Source: a virus. Taken from it: 64,000 nt of DNA. Under the pieces are notes generated by a model. That model worked only from the letters and a program-made list of their open reading frames with translations. It was not told the DNA's origin and made no database searches. The position numbers were made by a program, and so were the translations under genes. The DNA is taken from IMG/VR virus record IMGVR_UViG_3300032097_000030; one strand, given 5' to 3'. Position 1 is the first letter of the stretch. Each line of letters starts with the position of its first letter. This document shows, piece after piece, positions 27,739 to 37,156 of the stretch.

Positions 27739-29691
27739 TTACAGCCACATTTCCGAAAACTCTATCTCTAAGTTTCCAGCGGAGGTACTGATCTCAGTTT
27801 CGCCCGGTTCAAGATATAAAAAATCCCCTTCAGCCAAATGTGCTGCCGGGGCACCGTTTAAGGTGATTTCTAATTTTTCGCTATCCACAATAAATATATC
27901 GGTGCTGCCAAGTGATGTATTAATATATATCTGGCTGTCACCGATGCTAATTACCGGAAATTCTGCCGGACCAGTAAGGGTTAACCTGAGAGGCGTTTTT
28001 TGTGAACCCCGGTTTAATAGCCAAACGCTACCTGAGGTTTTGTAATACTGGGGTACACCATAAATAAAAGGTTTCGAACAATTGAATTGAAGATTAAGTA
28101 TTTCCATTGAACCGACAGTTTCCATGACGGTTTTCCCCCGAAGCCTTCCTTTATAAACATTGAAATACTCATCATCAAAGCGAAGCTCACATTCTCCCTT
28201 TTTGGGATTAAGCAAAGTATTTAGCTCCTTCTGGGCAGCTACTAAGGCCGACCGGCTATCATGCTTTAATAGGCCCTTTACTACAATGGTTCGCTCCTTG
28301 AATTCGGTGTGATGATAGTAGGTACCATCCATGCCAGGAAGCTTTGTGCTTGTTTCCTCCCCTTCAGGAATTTCCCAGCGCCCCTTAACATCAATGATGG
28401 AAAGTCCAAAGGTTGAGGTATCCACTCCGTCAAAATAAAGCTTTCTTGGCATACCGCTAGCAAAGGCTTCTAGATTAAAAAAGCCGGTGAATATACGCGC
28501 TGTCGCTACCATCTCCACCGTTTTATCTTCAAGTGACCAGTAATATAGTCCGTTGGAATTAGGGTCTAGACTATCTACCTGCACCTTCATCAACGCTTGT
28601 TCTGTTTTATAGTCATACGTCCCTCCTGTAAGACGAAGGGCCTCAAGGTAAAAAATAGTGGCTTGAGTAGCCAGATCGGGGAACTCGCTATCCTTTACTC
28701 CTGTATAGGTATATACATCATAGAAAAAGCCGTTTATCATTAAAGCTTTAGCCCTAGCAACAAAGATCGCGGCCCCACTGCCTTCATTTTTAGCCAAACC
28801 CAGCACCGACCACAGAACTGTATCTGAAGTCCAGTTAACATCTCCCCACTGGTTATATACCGGCGATAGGTTCTTGCCAGTATAATCACTTGTGCCTTCT
28901 ATGGGGGCCATATACATATAAGGCAGACCTACCGTTTCCATTACTCCCCGCTGGCTTTGTATGCAATTTGTGCGGATAAAGTTATGAAATCTATCATTAA
29001 TGTCCCCGATATAGTAAGTCCCGCCCTCAGCAGTTTGCTGGCTATTTCCAAATGCAGCTATTGCAGTTTGCACCAGGTCATAGGCAATATCCCCGAGATG
29101 CAGTGGCACACGCCCGTTAACGGGATAGAATTCTACTCCGGCATCTGTGCGGAGATAAAATTCAGGAAAAGCACCGTCCAAATATGCAGGCAGTTCGGTG
29201 CCGCAAAGGGAAGAAAAAGCAGTCTGCACTTTATAAATGCTCTCAATCAGCTTTAAAGACCACTGTTTGTAAGTATCTTCTCCACAACGAAGGTATAAGC
29301 GGCTTAAACCGTAAGCTGATAAGAACAAATCCCTTGTATATACCTCGCAATAACCATCATCTTTTCGTCTTTGCCATTGCTGATTATCAGTATTAAAGTA
29401 ATGTATGGATTGAAAGTACATGGTTTGGCCATTGACAGTAGTCTCGATAATATTATCAATCAAATTATCTGCGATTAGCTTAGCCTTATCTATCGCGTCC
29501 TTAGTACCATAGGAGCATAAGAAAATAAGCGTCCAGGCGCTGGAGGGAACTAGGGTGGCCGCTCTGGTTGCTTCCCCGGCACCCTCTGTATAATTAAGTA
29601 ATACCAATCCCAACGGGGGGTTAGGGAAAAGACGGTAAAAACTATCTGCGCTATCAGTGACAATCAGTTTACTATTCAATAGTTCTCGCAT
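27739..29691 (-). CDS. distal tail protein (Dit) fused to ~410-aa N-terminal helical-toroid domain
   Basis: C-terminal MPRKLYFDG..FGL...PGMDG...ERTI...F.CSKPFIYG...YLEPGET is Dit-like; no stop or evident RBS at the domain junction. Confidence 0.7.
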   Translation of the reverse strand: MRELLNSKLIVTDSADSFYRLFPNPPLGLVLLNYTEGAGEATRAATLVPSSAWTLIFLCSYGTKDAIDKAKLIADNLIDNIIETTVNGQTMYFQSIHYFNTDNQQWQRRKDDGYCEVYTRDLFLSAYGLSRLYLRCGEDTYKQWSLKLIESIYKVQTAFSSLCGTELPAYLDGAFPEFYLRTDAGVEFYPVNGRVPLHLGDIAYDLVQTAIAAFGNSQQTAEGGTYYIGDINDRFHNFIRTNCIQSQRGVMETVGLPYMYMAPIEGTSDYTGKNLSPVYNQWGDVNWTSDTVLWSVLGLAKNEGSGAAIFVARAKALMINGFFYDVYTYTGVKDSEFPDLATQATIFYLEALRLTGGTYDYKTEQALMKVQVDSLDPNSNGLYYWSLEDKTVEMVATARIFTGFFNLEAFASGMPRKLYFDGVDTSTFGLSIIDVKGRWEIPEGEETSTKLPGMDGTYYHHTEFKERTIVVKGLLKHDSRSALVAAQKELNTLLNPKKGECELRFDDEYFNVYKGRLRGKTVMETVGSMEILNLQFNCSKPFIYGVPQYYKTSGSVWLLNRGSQKTPLRLTLTGPAEFPVISIGDSQIYINTSLGSTDIFIVDSEKLEITLNGAPAAHLAEGDFLYLEPGETEISTSAGNLEIEFSEMWL

Positions 29692-29692
29692 G

Positions 29693-31693
29693 TTATTTAC
29701 CCCCGCTTGCTAAAAACAGGCGGTTCATCATTTCAAGATAGGCTGCGTATGACCAGGAAAAGGACCAGGCTCCGCTTAAATAGCCAAGCCTATTCCCATT
29801 CTTTAAATCTGCCTGCACATATTCAGGCAAGGACCCGAAAGGAAAATTATTAGCTAGAAGCTTAAGCGGCTTTAAATCACCCTCTTCAGCCGCTAACATG
29901 GCAATAATACAGACATGCGGAAACCAGATATCTTTCTTTTTTGCTGTTCCTGTGCTGCTTTGGGAAAAGCCTACCCCATGGTCAAGTTGTAACCCCAGCC
30001 CTCCCAGGGTTGCAACTGCAGTTCTGCTCTTAAGCCAATTGAAACATGACTTGTCATTAAGCATCCAGGCTGCGAAAATATTAGCTGGCACCGTTAAAAC
30101 ACTGTCATACAGCGTCCCATCCTGTTTAATAGCATAATCAAAGCCCCCGTCCTCCCGGCGGTAATCAGCTAACCCCTGCTTAAGAAGACTAAGTGCGTTC
30201 ACCCCAAAGGTAACCCTGCTGTTATCACCTAAGCTTCTATATACCGGGATAAGATTCTCAAGAGCATAAATCCATAAGATATCCACCATGCTTTCATATT
30301 TCACCAACGATGTTGTTATCTCACTAGCATAGTCATCCCAATAATCATGAACATGCCGGGCTAAAATATGTCTATCTGCCTCTATAAAATTGTCCTCTAG
30401 GTAGGTAAACAACTGATCTAGCTGCGGTTTTAACCCTGACAGCAATTGTTTATCATTAGTGTGCCTAAAGTATTTACCGGCTGCCGCCAGGAATACAGCC
30501 GCATTATCGGTGTTGTTATAGTTGTATTCCCCGGTACCATCTATATCAAAGTCGTTTACTGTTAACATGTTCTTACCTTCAAACCAGCTGAGAAACTGGG
30601 CAGCTAGTGCCGGTTTTATTGGGATGAGGGCATGGATCGCCCAGGCAGTATCACGCACCCAGTTATAAGGCCAATTGGGAATTCCCGCTGACAAATAGCC
30701 GCCCACCGACAAATTAAGGATTTGCATGAGAGAAAAATATCCCTTGGCCTTTATTGCTTCCGGGGCAAACCACTGCCTTTCTAAACCGGAAAAGTATTCA
30801 CACCACATGTTCTCTGCGTCCGTATATTCACTTTCCCAATTTGAGAGGCCAGCTACCGCTTTTTCCATTACCTCAGCCTTACTCCTGCCTATGGCGATAG
30901 CAAAAACTACACTACCGCGTTCACCCAGACCATCCGTACCCATACCAACAAAACAACTTGAATGGCTAACAGTAGTTTTAGTCTCATCCAATGCATAGAT
31001 AGGTGTGAACTGAACTGAATCCACCTGATATTCATTCATATTGGTGCAGCTTAAAGCCGCAAACCAGCCGCTATTATGTTCTTCTACCCAAATTACGCCC
31101 TGGCCATTATAAATCTCGTACGCTGCAGACAAATCATGTTTATCTGGCTGGCCGGAATCCCACCCTACCCATTCCATGGCAATCTTTAAATCATTGATGT
31201 TTTGGGCATCGGCAATTATGTACAGTACGTTATTTCGCGAAAAGGATAGTATATCTAAGGCACGTACCTTGCCGTTATAGTCCCTGGCATAGTGCCACTC
31301 CACAATACCGGTAGGATAGCCATCTTTACATTTAAACTTAGTTTCAAAACTGGTATTTTCGGAATTACAGGTGTTCGCTACCAAAGGATAGTAGCCCATG
31401 TCACAGGTTTTAGCCGCTATGGCCGTATTGACATCTCTTTTTCCCGACTTAGCTAACAGCATAGATAAGAAAGGGCGTATATCTACGCTGGATATCTGAT
31501 CATTTAGCACCATCGCTATTTCAGAAGTAGGGTCACTTAGTACGGCCCGCCCGGCAAAATCACTGTGCAAAGTTGAGTCATTAAGGCTAAAACCCTCTGC
31601 TGCTAAGGCTGAGGTCAAACGCTCCGGGGACAAATCAAGCACATAACCGTTTTTAGTGTTAATAATATTCGGTATATCAAAGGCGCTTCTCAT
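29693..31693 (-). CDS. six-hairpin (alpha/alpha)6 glycoside hydrolase, GH15/GDE_C-like, with N-terminal beta-sandwich
   Basis: AGIPNWPYNWVRDTA, D..AVFL.A..KY...TND, DYWDD, GSLPEY, SWSYAAYL. Confidence 0.7.
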   Translation of the reverse strand: MRSAFDIPNIINTKNGYVLDLSPERLTSALAAEGFSLNDSTLHSDFAGRAVLSDPTSEIAMVLNDQISSVDIRPFLSMLLAKSGKRDVNTAIAAKTCDMGYYPLVANTCNSENTSFETKFKCKDGYPTGIVEWHYARDYNGKVRALDILSFSRNNVLYIIADAQNINDLKIAMEWVGWDSGQPDKHDLSAAYEIYNGQGVIWVEEHNSGWFAALSCTNMNEYQVDSVQFTPIYALDETKTTVSHSSCFVGMGTDGLGERGSVVFAIAIGRSKAEVMEKAVAGLSNWESEYTDAENMWCEYFSGLERQWFAPEAIKAKGYFSLMQILNLSVGGYLSAGIPNWPYNWVRDTAWAIHALIPIKPALAAQFLSWFEGKNMLTVNDFDIDGTGEYNYNNTDNAAVFLAAAGKYFRHTNDKQLLSGLKPQLDQLFTYLEDNFIEADRHILARHVHDYWDDYASEITTSLVKYESMVDILWIYALENLIPVYRSLGDNSRVTFGVNALSLLKQGLADYRREDGGFDYAIKQDGTLYDSVLTVPANIFAAWMLNDKSCFNWLKSRTAVATLGGLGLQLDHGVGFSQSSTGTAKKKDIWFPHVCIIAMLAAEEGDLKPLKLLANNFPFGSLPEYVQADLKNGNRLGYLSGAWSFSWSYAAYLEMMNRLFLASGGK

Positions 31694-33870
31694 AACCTCA
31701 CCCCAGTCAAATACATTTGTTCTTTTAAAAGCTCTGCTATCTTTTGGCTCAATTTATATATATCCAGGTCATTAGCCATTTCCATTCTTTCTACCGAGAG
31801 TAAGTTCTCTATCTGCAAACTAGAAGTCCGGCTGGTAGTTCTATCCGCAGGAACCGCCTCTTTTAAAATATTTGTATTGCCTAAGTTCGAAATACTTCCT
31901 GCTAGGTCCATGGCAGCAGACCTTATATCGGGAATACCCTTTTTGATGCCACTTTCCAGCATAGAGATCATATTGGGCATCCATCTATCAGCTTTACTGC
32001 CCGGCCCTTTTTCAGTTGGCGAGGAAAAGCCTAGGTATCCTTTCACGGTATCTGCTACCCTTGCAGTAGCATTTCTTACCCATTTAATACCGGATAAGAT
32101 GCCATCAGCAATATTCTTTATAAGATTTGCTCCCCACTGGGCACCGTTAGAGATAAAATCAGCCACCCATGATTTAACGCGGTTAAATGTAGTTTGAATG
32201 CTTGAGACGATACTTGAAGCGGTGCTTTTAATGCCGTTGTAAATCCCGGTAAACCACCGGCCAATAGCAGCCAATAGATTATTGATAAAGGTGCGAAACT
32301 GCTCGCAATTCTCATAAAGATACTTAAATGCTCCGGCAAAGGGATTAACCATCAAGAGCAAGATGCTCTGCCAATTATCTTTAAAGAAACTAACCACGTT
32401 GTTAAACAGATTGACCATAAAATCAATAGCCTTATTAACTCCATCAACAATTCCATCCCAGATAGCGATAACCGCCTTTTTAAAGTCTTCATTGGTATTC
32501 CATAGATAGACGATTGCTGCCACCAATGCGGCCAGGGCGATAACAACAAGACCTATGGGATTGGCTGACATGGCCGCATTAAGTAGCCACTGAGCTGCTG
32601 CCGCTGCCTTTTGAGCCACAGACAAAACGGTTGTCTTTATTGCTGCGATATTTTCCGCATCGGCAAGCCACTTCACAGCATTCACTGCAGCGCCGACACC
32701 ACTTGTGAGATTGCCCACAAGTGAAAGGAGAGGACCTATTGCTGCGGCAAAACCGATGAAGGAAAGAATCAGTATCTGCGAGCCGTTGTCAAGGTTTCCA
32801 AACCAATCGACTAAACCAGTCAGCTTTCCAATAAGGCCCTCGATGGCAGGCATGGCCGAATTGACCGCCTGCATCAAAGATGAACCGAGTGGCTCTAATG
32901 CAACAGCAGCCCTGTTTTTCATTATGGTCAGCTGCTCAGCAAAATCTATGGTTTCAAAAGCGGCTCCGTTGATAGTTTCACTGCTCGTTTGTAAGGTTTT
33001 CACTAGATCTGACAGTTCAAACCTGCCTTCCCTAATGGCAGCAGCCATATCGGGGCCTATGCGAGTACCGAACATTTCAAGGGCGATGGCATTGGCTTCA
33101 CCGGTGGAGCCTGCCTCCTTTATTCTTTTAGTAACCTCTTCAAGAGCCGCCTTGGTATCGGTAATACCTTCTTGGGCCATCTTGCCCAGTGCTATACGAA
33201 GTCCGCCAAGCACTAGCTCGGTGTTGACCCCTTCCTTTTCAAACTTACCGAGCATAGCAGCTGAGGTCTCTAGGTCAAAGCCCATTTGACGAAGTGGCGC
33301 TCCAAACTCCACCATCTTGGCGTTCAGATCATTAAAACCAATTCCGGTGCTTTGGGCAACCTTAAACAAATAGTCCATGGTGCCTGCAGTATCACCGGCC
33401 GCCACACTCCAGTCTCCAAAAAGGCGCGATGAACTTGATATCATACCTGATAAATCCTCTCCAGTAATGCGAGAGAGGTTCAGCATCTGGGTGGATAACT
33501 CCTGCAGTGGTTTGCCTGCAAGCCCGGTTCTCGTATTAAGATCGGCAATGGCAGTGCTCACATCCTCCATTCCAGCCGGAACGGAAGCATAAACTGCCTT
33601 GAAATCATCCTGAAGGTCCTGAAGTGCTGCACCTGTGGCTCCGGTTCCGACTCGAATTTTCTCGAAAGTATCATCAAAGTCCATCCCCAGCTTTAAAATT
33701 CCTGTGGTAGCGGCGGCGATGGGAAGAGTCAGCCCCTTGGTTAAGGTGCCACCAATGGAAGCGAGGCTTTTACCGGCTTTATCCAATTTTTTTGCAGCAC
33801 TGTTCAAGCTTTTTTGTAGCTCTGAAATATCCGCTCCGATTTTCACCACAACACTTCTAATTACTGCCAT
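31690..33870 (-). CDS. tape measure protein (726 aa)
   Basis: VVKIGADIS..Q, IGGTLTKGLTLPI, Ala/Gly-rich helical repeats, hydrophobic segments, GFSSPT..GP. Confidence 0.9.
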   Translation of the reverse strand: MAVIRSVVVKIGADISELQKSLNSAAKKLDKAGKSLASIGGTLTKGLTLPIAAATTGILKLGMDFDDTFEKIRVGTGATGAALQDLQDDFKAVYASVPAGMEDVSTAIADLNTRTGLAGKPLQELSTQMLNLSRITGEDLSGMISSSSRLFGDWSVAAGDTAGTMDYLFKVAQSTGIGFNDLNAKMVEFGAPLRQMGFDLETSAAMLGKFEKEGVNTELVLGGLRIALGKMAQEGITDTKAALEEVTKRIKEAGSTGEANAIALEMFGTRIGPDMAAAIREGRFELSDLVKTLQTSSETINGAAFETIDFAEQLTIMKNRAAVALEPLGSSLMQAVNSAMPAIEGLIGKLTGLVDWFGNLDNGSQILILSFIGFAAAIGPLLSLVGNLTSGVGAAVNAVKWLADAENIAAIKTTVLSVAQKAAAAAQWLLNAAMSANPIGLVVIALAALVAAIVYLWNTNEDFKKAVIAIWDGIVDGVNKAIDFMVNLFNNVVSFFKDNWQSILLLMVNPFAGAFKYLYENCEQFRTFINNLLAAIGRWFTGIYNGIKSTASSIVSSIQTTFNRVKSWVADFISNGAQWGANLIKNIADGILSGIKWVRNATARVADTVKGYLGFSSPTEKGPGSKADRWMPNMISMLESGIKKGIPDIRSAAMDLAGSISNLGNTNILKEAVPADRTTSRTSSLQIENLLSVERMEMANDLDIYKLSQKIAELLKEQMYLTGVRL

Positions 33871-33874
33871 CCCA

Positions 33875-34222
33875 TCACCTCCATTTCACCGGCACTTTCA
33901 GCCCTTTACTCTTGGCAACCTTTATTAGCTGCTCTATTGACAGGCGACTACTCGTTTTTTTCTTGATTTCGCTGTCCTTTAGAACTTTCTTCAGACTCGG
34001 TAACCTCTTTTGCCTTGCAAATGCTTCCACATGCCAAGCCAGATATATAAGTTCCTGCCTTCGTTCTGATTTCTCTTCCGCGTGGCCCCCGAACATTAGC
34101 GCAAGCTCATAAGGGGTTAACTCCCAAAACTCAGCCGGTTTCAGTCTTAGCTTTTTTATTGCGATGGAAAACAGCTCGTCAAAGTTTAAGCTTTGACTGT
34201 CTCCACCGCCTGTGGGTTTCCC
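33875..34222 (-). CDS. tail assembly chaperone extension reached by -1 frameshift
   Basis: -1 frame from GGGAAAC (34216-34222) is open: GKPTGGG...LKPAEFWELTPYEL...LAWHVEAF, joining track ORF 33875..34096. Confidence 0.75.
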   Translation of the reverse strand, partial: GKPTGGGDSQSLNFDELFSIAIKKLRLKPAEFWELTPYELALMFGGHAEEKSERRQELIYLAWHVEAFARQKRLPSLKKVLKDSEIKKKTSSRLSIEQLIKVAKSKGLKVPVKWR

Positions 34223-34506
34223 GGCTTTGTACCAAAAGCCAGGGTCATGGCTTCACCGAGCTTTTCGGCCACAGTGCCGATGTCACTATATTCATCGATC
34301 AGGTCTGCGCATTTTTCCGGCGTCAGATTTTTATCCTCATGAAAAAGACCCGCATAGACGATGGTCCGCAGGTCTTTGATGGAGATATTATCTAGTTCAA
34401 GTTTCGTAAGGTTTTTACCGGTAAGCTCCTCTATCCTAATGAGAGCGTTCATCCCATACCTAAAGGTCCTTGGCTTATCAAGCTCTATGGATACTCCTTG
34501 CTTCAT
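34186..34506 (-). CDS. tail assembly chaperone
   Basis: Position between tail tube and tape measure; LDKPRTFRYGMNAL...L..IVYAGL. Confidence 0.8.
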   Translation of the reverse strand: MKQGVSIELDKPRTFRYGMNALIRIEELTGKNLTKLELDNISIKDLRTIVYAGLFHEDKNLTPEKCADLIDEYSDIGTVAEKLGEAMTLAFGTKPGNPQAVETVKA

Positions 34507-34511
34507 CTTCT

Positions 34512-35126
34512 TTAATCCTCCCTATAATACAGCTTACCGCTGCCTTCAAATTCAATGCTTTCATTTACTACACCATCAGCTGAAAGCTTAATGCTGTCCC
34601 CCGAAATCCTCCCATAGCCCTCATATCGTTTTTTATTGGTACCAGTGTCCAAATACAAGGCAATGATCACTTCCTGGCCGAGCCTTGAGGACAGTCTTTC
34701 ATCAGCCCAATAGCTCTCTGCAGCAGCAGTAAAGCCGTTTATGGTGGGGAGGTTCTCTTTCCAGCCACCGCTTTCAAAGGTGCTCACATCAACAGTGTCC
34801 GATGAAAGATCTGCGCTCCAGCTAAAGAAGCCTCCTGCCTGGTCTACCCGAATGCTCTTTCCACTGACTGTCACAGTATCAGTACCAAGCAGGGGTACGG
34901 GAAAGATAATGACACCGCCCAAATGCCGGGCTTCAAAATTGCCATTATATTGGACATCGTTTATATAGACGGTTATGGGAGAGTTTCTATCTAAGTACCG
35001 ACATAACTCATCGGTGATAGTGTAGTGCGTAAATTCAATATTGGCTGTGGCTGCTTCTTTAATGAATGTCTCATGCACATCTTCTGTTTGCAAAAACACC
35101 GCACCAACCTTACCTGCTATTGTCAT
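34512..35126 (-). CDS. tail tube protein paralog with ~80-aa insertion
   Basis: MTIAGKVG...SWSADLSSDTVDVS...WKE...ESIEFEGSG. Confidence 0.7.
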   Translation of the reverse strand: MTIAGKVGAVFLQTEDVHETFIKEAATANIEFTHYTITDELCRYLDRNSPITVYINDVQYNGNFEARHLGGVIIFPVPLLGTDTVTVSGKSIRVDQAGGFFSWSADLSSDTVDVSTFESGGWKENLPTINGFTAAAESYWADERLSSRLGQEVIIALYLDTGTNKKRYEGYGRISGDSIKLSADGVVNESIEFEGSGKLYYRED

Positions 35127-35140
35127 CTAGCATCACCACC

Positions 35141-35524
35141 TTAATTGTAGGTCAGTGGACCAGTTCCCTGAAATTCAAAGGAAATGCTCACCGTATCGTC
35201 CACCGGGTCTTCCACCGACAGTCCTGAAATATAAGCGTTTCCTGAATAGTAGTTAGTTGCATTGACATACAGCTTGAGTGATACCTCGGTGCTATTTAAA
35301 TAGGCATCCTGCAGTGCTTTCTGTCCGGTGGCATCGGTATGCACCGAATAAAACCCATCTGCCGAGGCTGACCACTCCTTTAAGCCTGCGATAAACTTTT
35401 TCCAATCATCACCCAGGGCGGTCACATCAAGTGTATCAACACCCAGATCAAGAGACCAACTGCTCACATCCACTACGGTACTTACACCCAGCCCCAGTTT
35501 TCCGCTTTTGCCTGCAATGGCCAT
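35141..35524 (-). CDS. tail tube protein
   Basis: MAIAGKSG...SWSLDLGVDTLDVT...WKKFIAGLKEWS...SFEFQGTG. Confidence 0.8.
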   Translation of the reverse strand: MAIAGKSGKLGLGVSTVVDVSSWSLDLGVDTLDVTALGDDWKKFIAGLKEWSASADGFYSVHTDATGQKALQDAYLNSTEVSLKLYVNATNYYSGNAYISGLSVEDPVDDTVSISFEFQGTGPLTYN

Positions 35525-35527
35525 GGG

Positions 35528-35905
35528 TTATCCCTCCTCAAATTGAAACTCAAATTCAAAAGATACCGAATATATCTCGGTATCTGGTTCATAATCGCTT
35601 ATTTCTTCCATTAACAAAACACTACCGATACTAAGTCCAGCCATCGGTCCGTTAAAGTTTTGTAATTCGCTTTGGATAATTCTCGCTGTTTGGACAGCCT
35701 CTTTGTAACTTGTGGCGTAACAGGAAAACTGTAGCCTTTGCTTGATGAAGCCTGAATCCTCGACAAGACTGCGCAGCCTTTCCACCGATACCGGTAGATA
35801 AACAACGGCCGGCAGTAGTATGTTTTGCGGCAGCAGGAAAGGATAGAGCCTGTTATTCAGTTTCGGTTGCAAATGCGCGCTTACCGCTTCTTCCAGCCGC
35901 ATCAT
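35528..35905 (-). CDS. tail completion/terminator protein (DUF3168-like)
   Basis: RLYP..LPQ...LPAVVY...R.QFSCYA; position. Confidence 0.75.
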   Translation of the reverse strand: MMRLEEAVSAHLQPKLNNRLYPFLLPQNILLPAVVYLPVSVERLRSLVEDSGFIKQRLQFSCYATSYKEAVQTARIIQSELQNFNGPMAGLSIGSVLLMEEISDYEPDTEIYSVSFEFEFQFEEG

Positions 35906-36309
35906 TTTATCCTCCCAATCGCCTGTAAGATTTCCTCGTTAATTGTTCTGGCTACTTTTCTCATGTTTTTGTCAACAGCCGGTCTTAAAAAAGGCTGCGC
36001 TTTCATCTTGGAGGTTCCTAGCTCCACCGGAGCAAAATACTTTACTCTGCCTTTCTTTGTCACATAGTACTGGCTTTTAATGTGCGCTTTTTTGAGTTTA
36101 CTCTTTTTCAGTATCAGACTCTCTTTAAGCCTGCCAGTATCCACCGGAACCCTCTGCTTGGCTTCAAAAAGCACAATATCCGCACCGGCTTTAGACGCTT
36201 TATCCAATACTTCAGTAGCCGCATCACCCATTTCTTCCATCTGCTTTATGACCTCGTCCATACCCTCGATATGCGTCTTGAGCTTTCTTACCCTGGCTCT
36301 TTTAGCCAC
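35902..36309 (-). CDS. HK97 gp10-like neck protein
   Basis: VPVDTGRLKES, VELGTSKMKAQPFLRPA; likely GTG start 36309. Confidence 0.85.
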   Translation of the reverse strand: MAKRARVRKLKTHIEGMDEVIKQMEEMGDAATEVLDKASKAGADIVLFEAKQRVPVDTGRLKESLILKKSKLKKAHIKSQYYVTKKGRVKYFAPVELGTSKMKAQPFLRPAVDKNMRKVARTINEEILQAIGRIK

Positions 36310-36634
36310 CTTGAACCTCCTCCTTGCACATGAGGTTAAGCTCGATATTTTGACTCTCAAGATTAATGACCGATATGATTTCAAATATCCTGTCATCAAA
36401 AATCACACGCATTTTCGGCGTGATCCCTGGCCGGTAACGCATCATAATTTTTGTAGTTATCTCTGCGCTTAGCTGCTGGGAAGCAAAATATTCCTTACCC
36501 GAAACAGGTGAGACATTTGCCCATACCGTTTTGAGATCAATCCATTCCGGATTCTCAGCGCCAAAGCTATCCCTTGAAGCGACATATTCTTGAATGGTGA
36601 CCCGGTGCCTCAGTTTGCCAATCCTCATCACCAT
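36302..36634 (-). CDS. head closure protein (SPP1 gp16-like)
   Basis: GKLRHRVTIQ...DSFG...VWANV.PVSG.E...RY. Confidence 0.88.
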   Translation of the reverse strand: MVMRIGKLRHRVTIQEYVASRDSFGAENPEWIDLKTVWANVSPVSGKEYFASQQLSAEITTKIMMRYRPGITPKMRVIFDDRIFEIISVINLESQNIELNLMCKEEVQGG

Positions 36635-36906
36635 TCCACCTCCCTGTAGGCAAATAGTAGTGTTCTTAAAACATCTGTCAGCTCTGTTGTGTTCAACTCG
36701 TTTCGTTCCTCATATAGCTTGGAAACTGCAAAATAGATGGCGTGTTTAACTGGTTCAGGCACCACACCGGCATAGTCGCTTAATGGAAAACGGAGGATAC
36801 CTTCTACGATATCCTCCGCTGTAGCAATGAAGCTTTCGATGAGCGCATCCTCATCGGCTGAGTCTACTCTTAACCAAGCTTTTGTGTCCTCAAGTGTAAC
36901 CACCAA
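36628..36906 (-). CDS. head-tail connector (gp6-like)
   Basis: TLEDTKAWLRVD..DED.LI...A; LYEER. Confidence 0.88.
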   Translation of the reverse strand: MVVTLEDTKAWLRVDSADEDALIESFIATAEDIVEGILRFPLSDYAGVVPEPVKHAIYFAVSKLYEERNELNTTELTDVLRTLLFAYREVEW

Positions 36907-36924
36907 TACGCTCCCCTCCGTTTA

Positions 36925-37146
36925 TTACTCTGAAGCCATCAGTCCTGCCGCTTTTAGCTTTGCAAGCAGAGCATTAAAATCAGTAACTAAGTCCGCTACT
37001 GTTGCTGCTACACTGTCCGCTTGCAGTGCTGCAGGCTTTAGCTCTATGCCATTAAAGGCTAGTTTCCCGCCAGTGGCCACTTCAAGGGTTCCACCGATAA
37101 CCGTTTTCTCTCCGCCCTGCTCGGTATAGTTTTTAACATTACTCAT
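36925..37146 (-). CDS. head fiber/decoration-like protein
   Basis: KNYTEQGG...Q.DS.A.TV..L..DFNALL.KLK.AG; follows capsid. Confidence 0.65.
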   Translation of the reverse strand: MSNVKNYTEQGGEKTVIGGTLEVATGGKLAFNGIELKPAALQADSVAATVADLVTDFNALLAKLKAAGLMASE

Positions 37147-37156
37147 TACATTTCAC

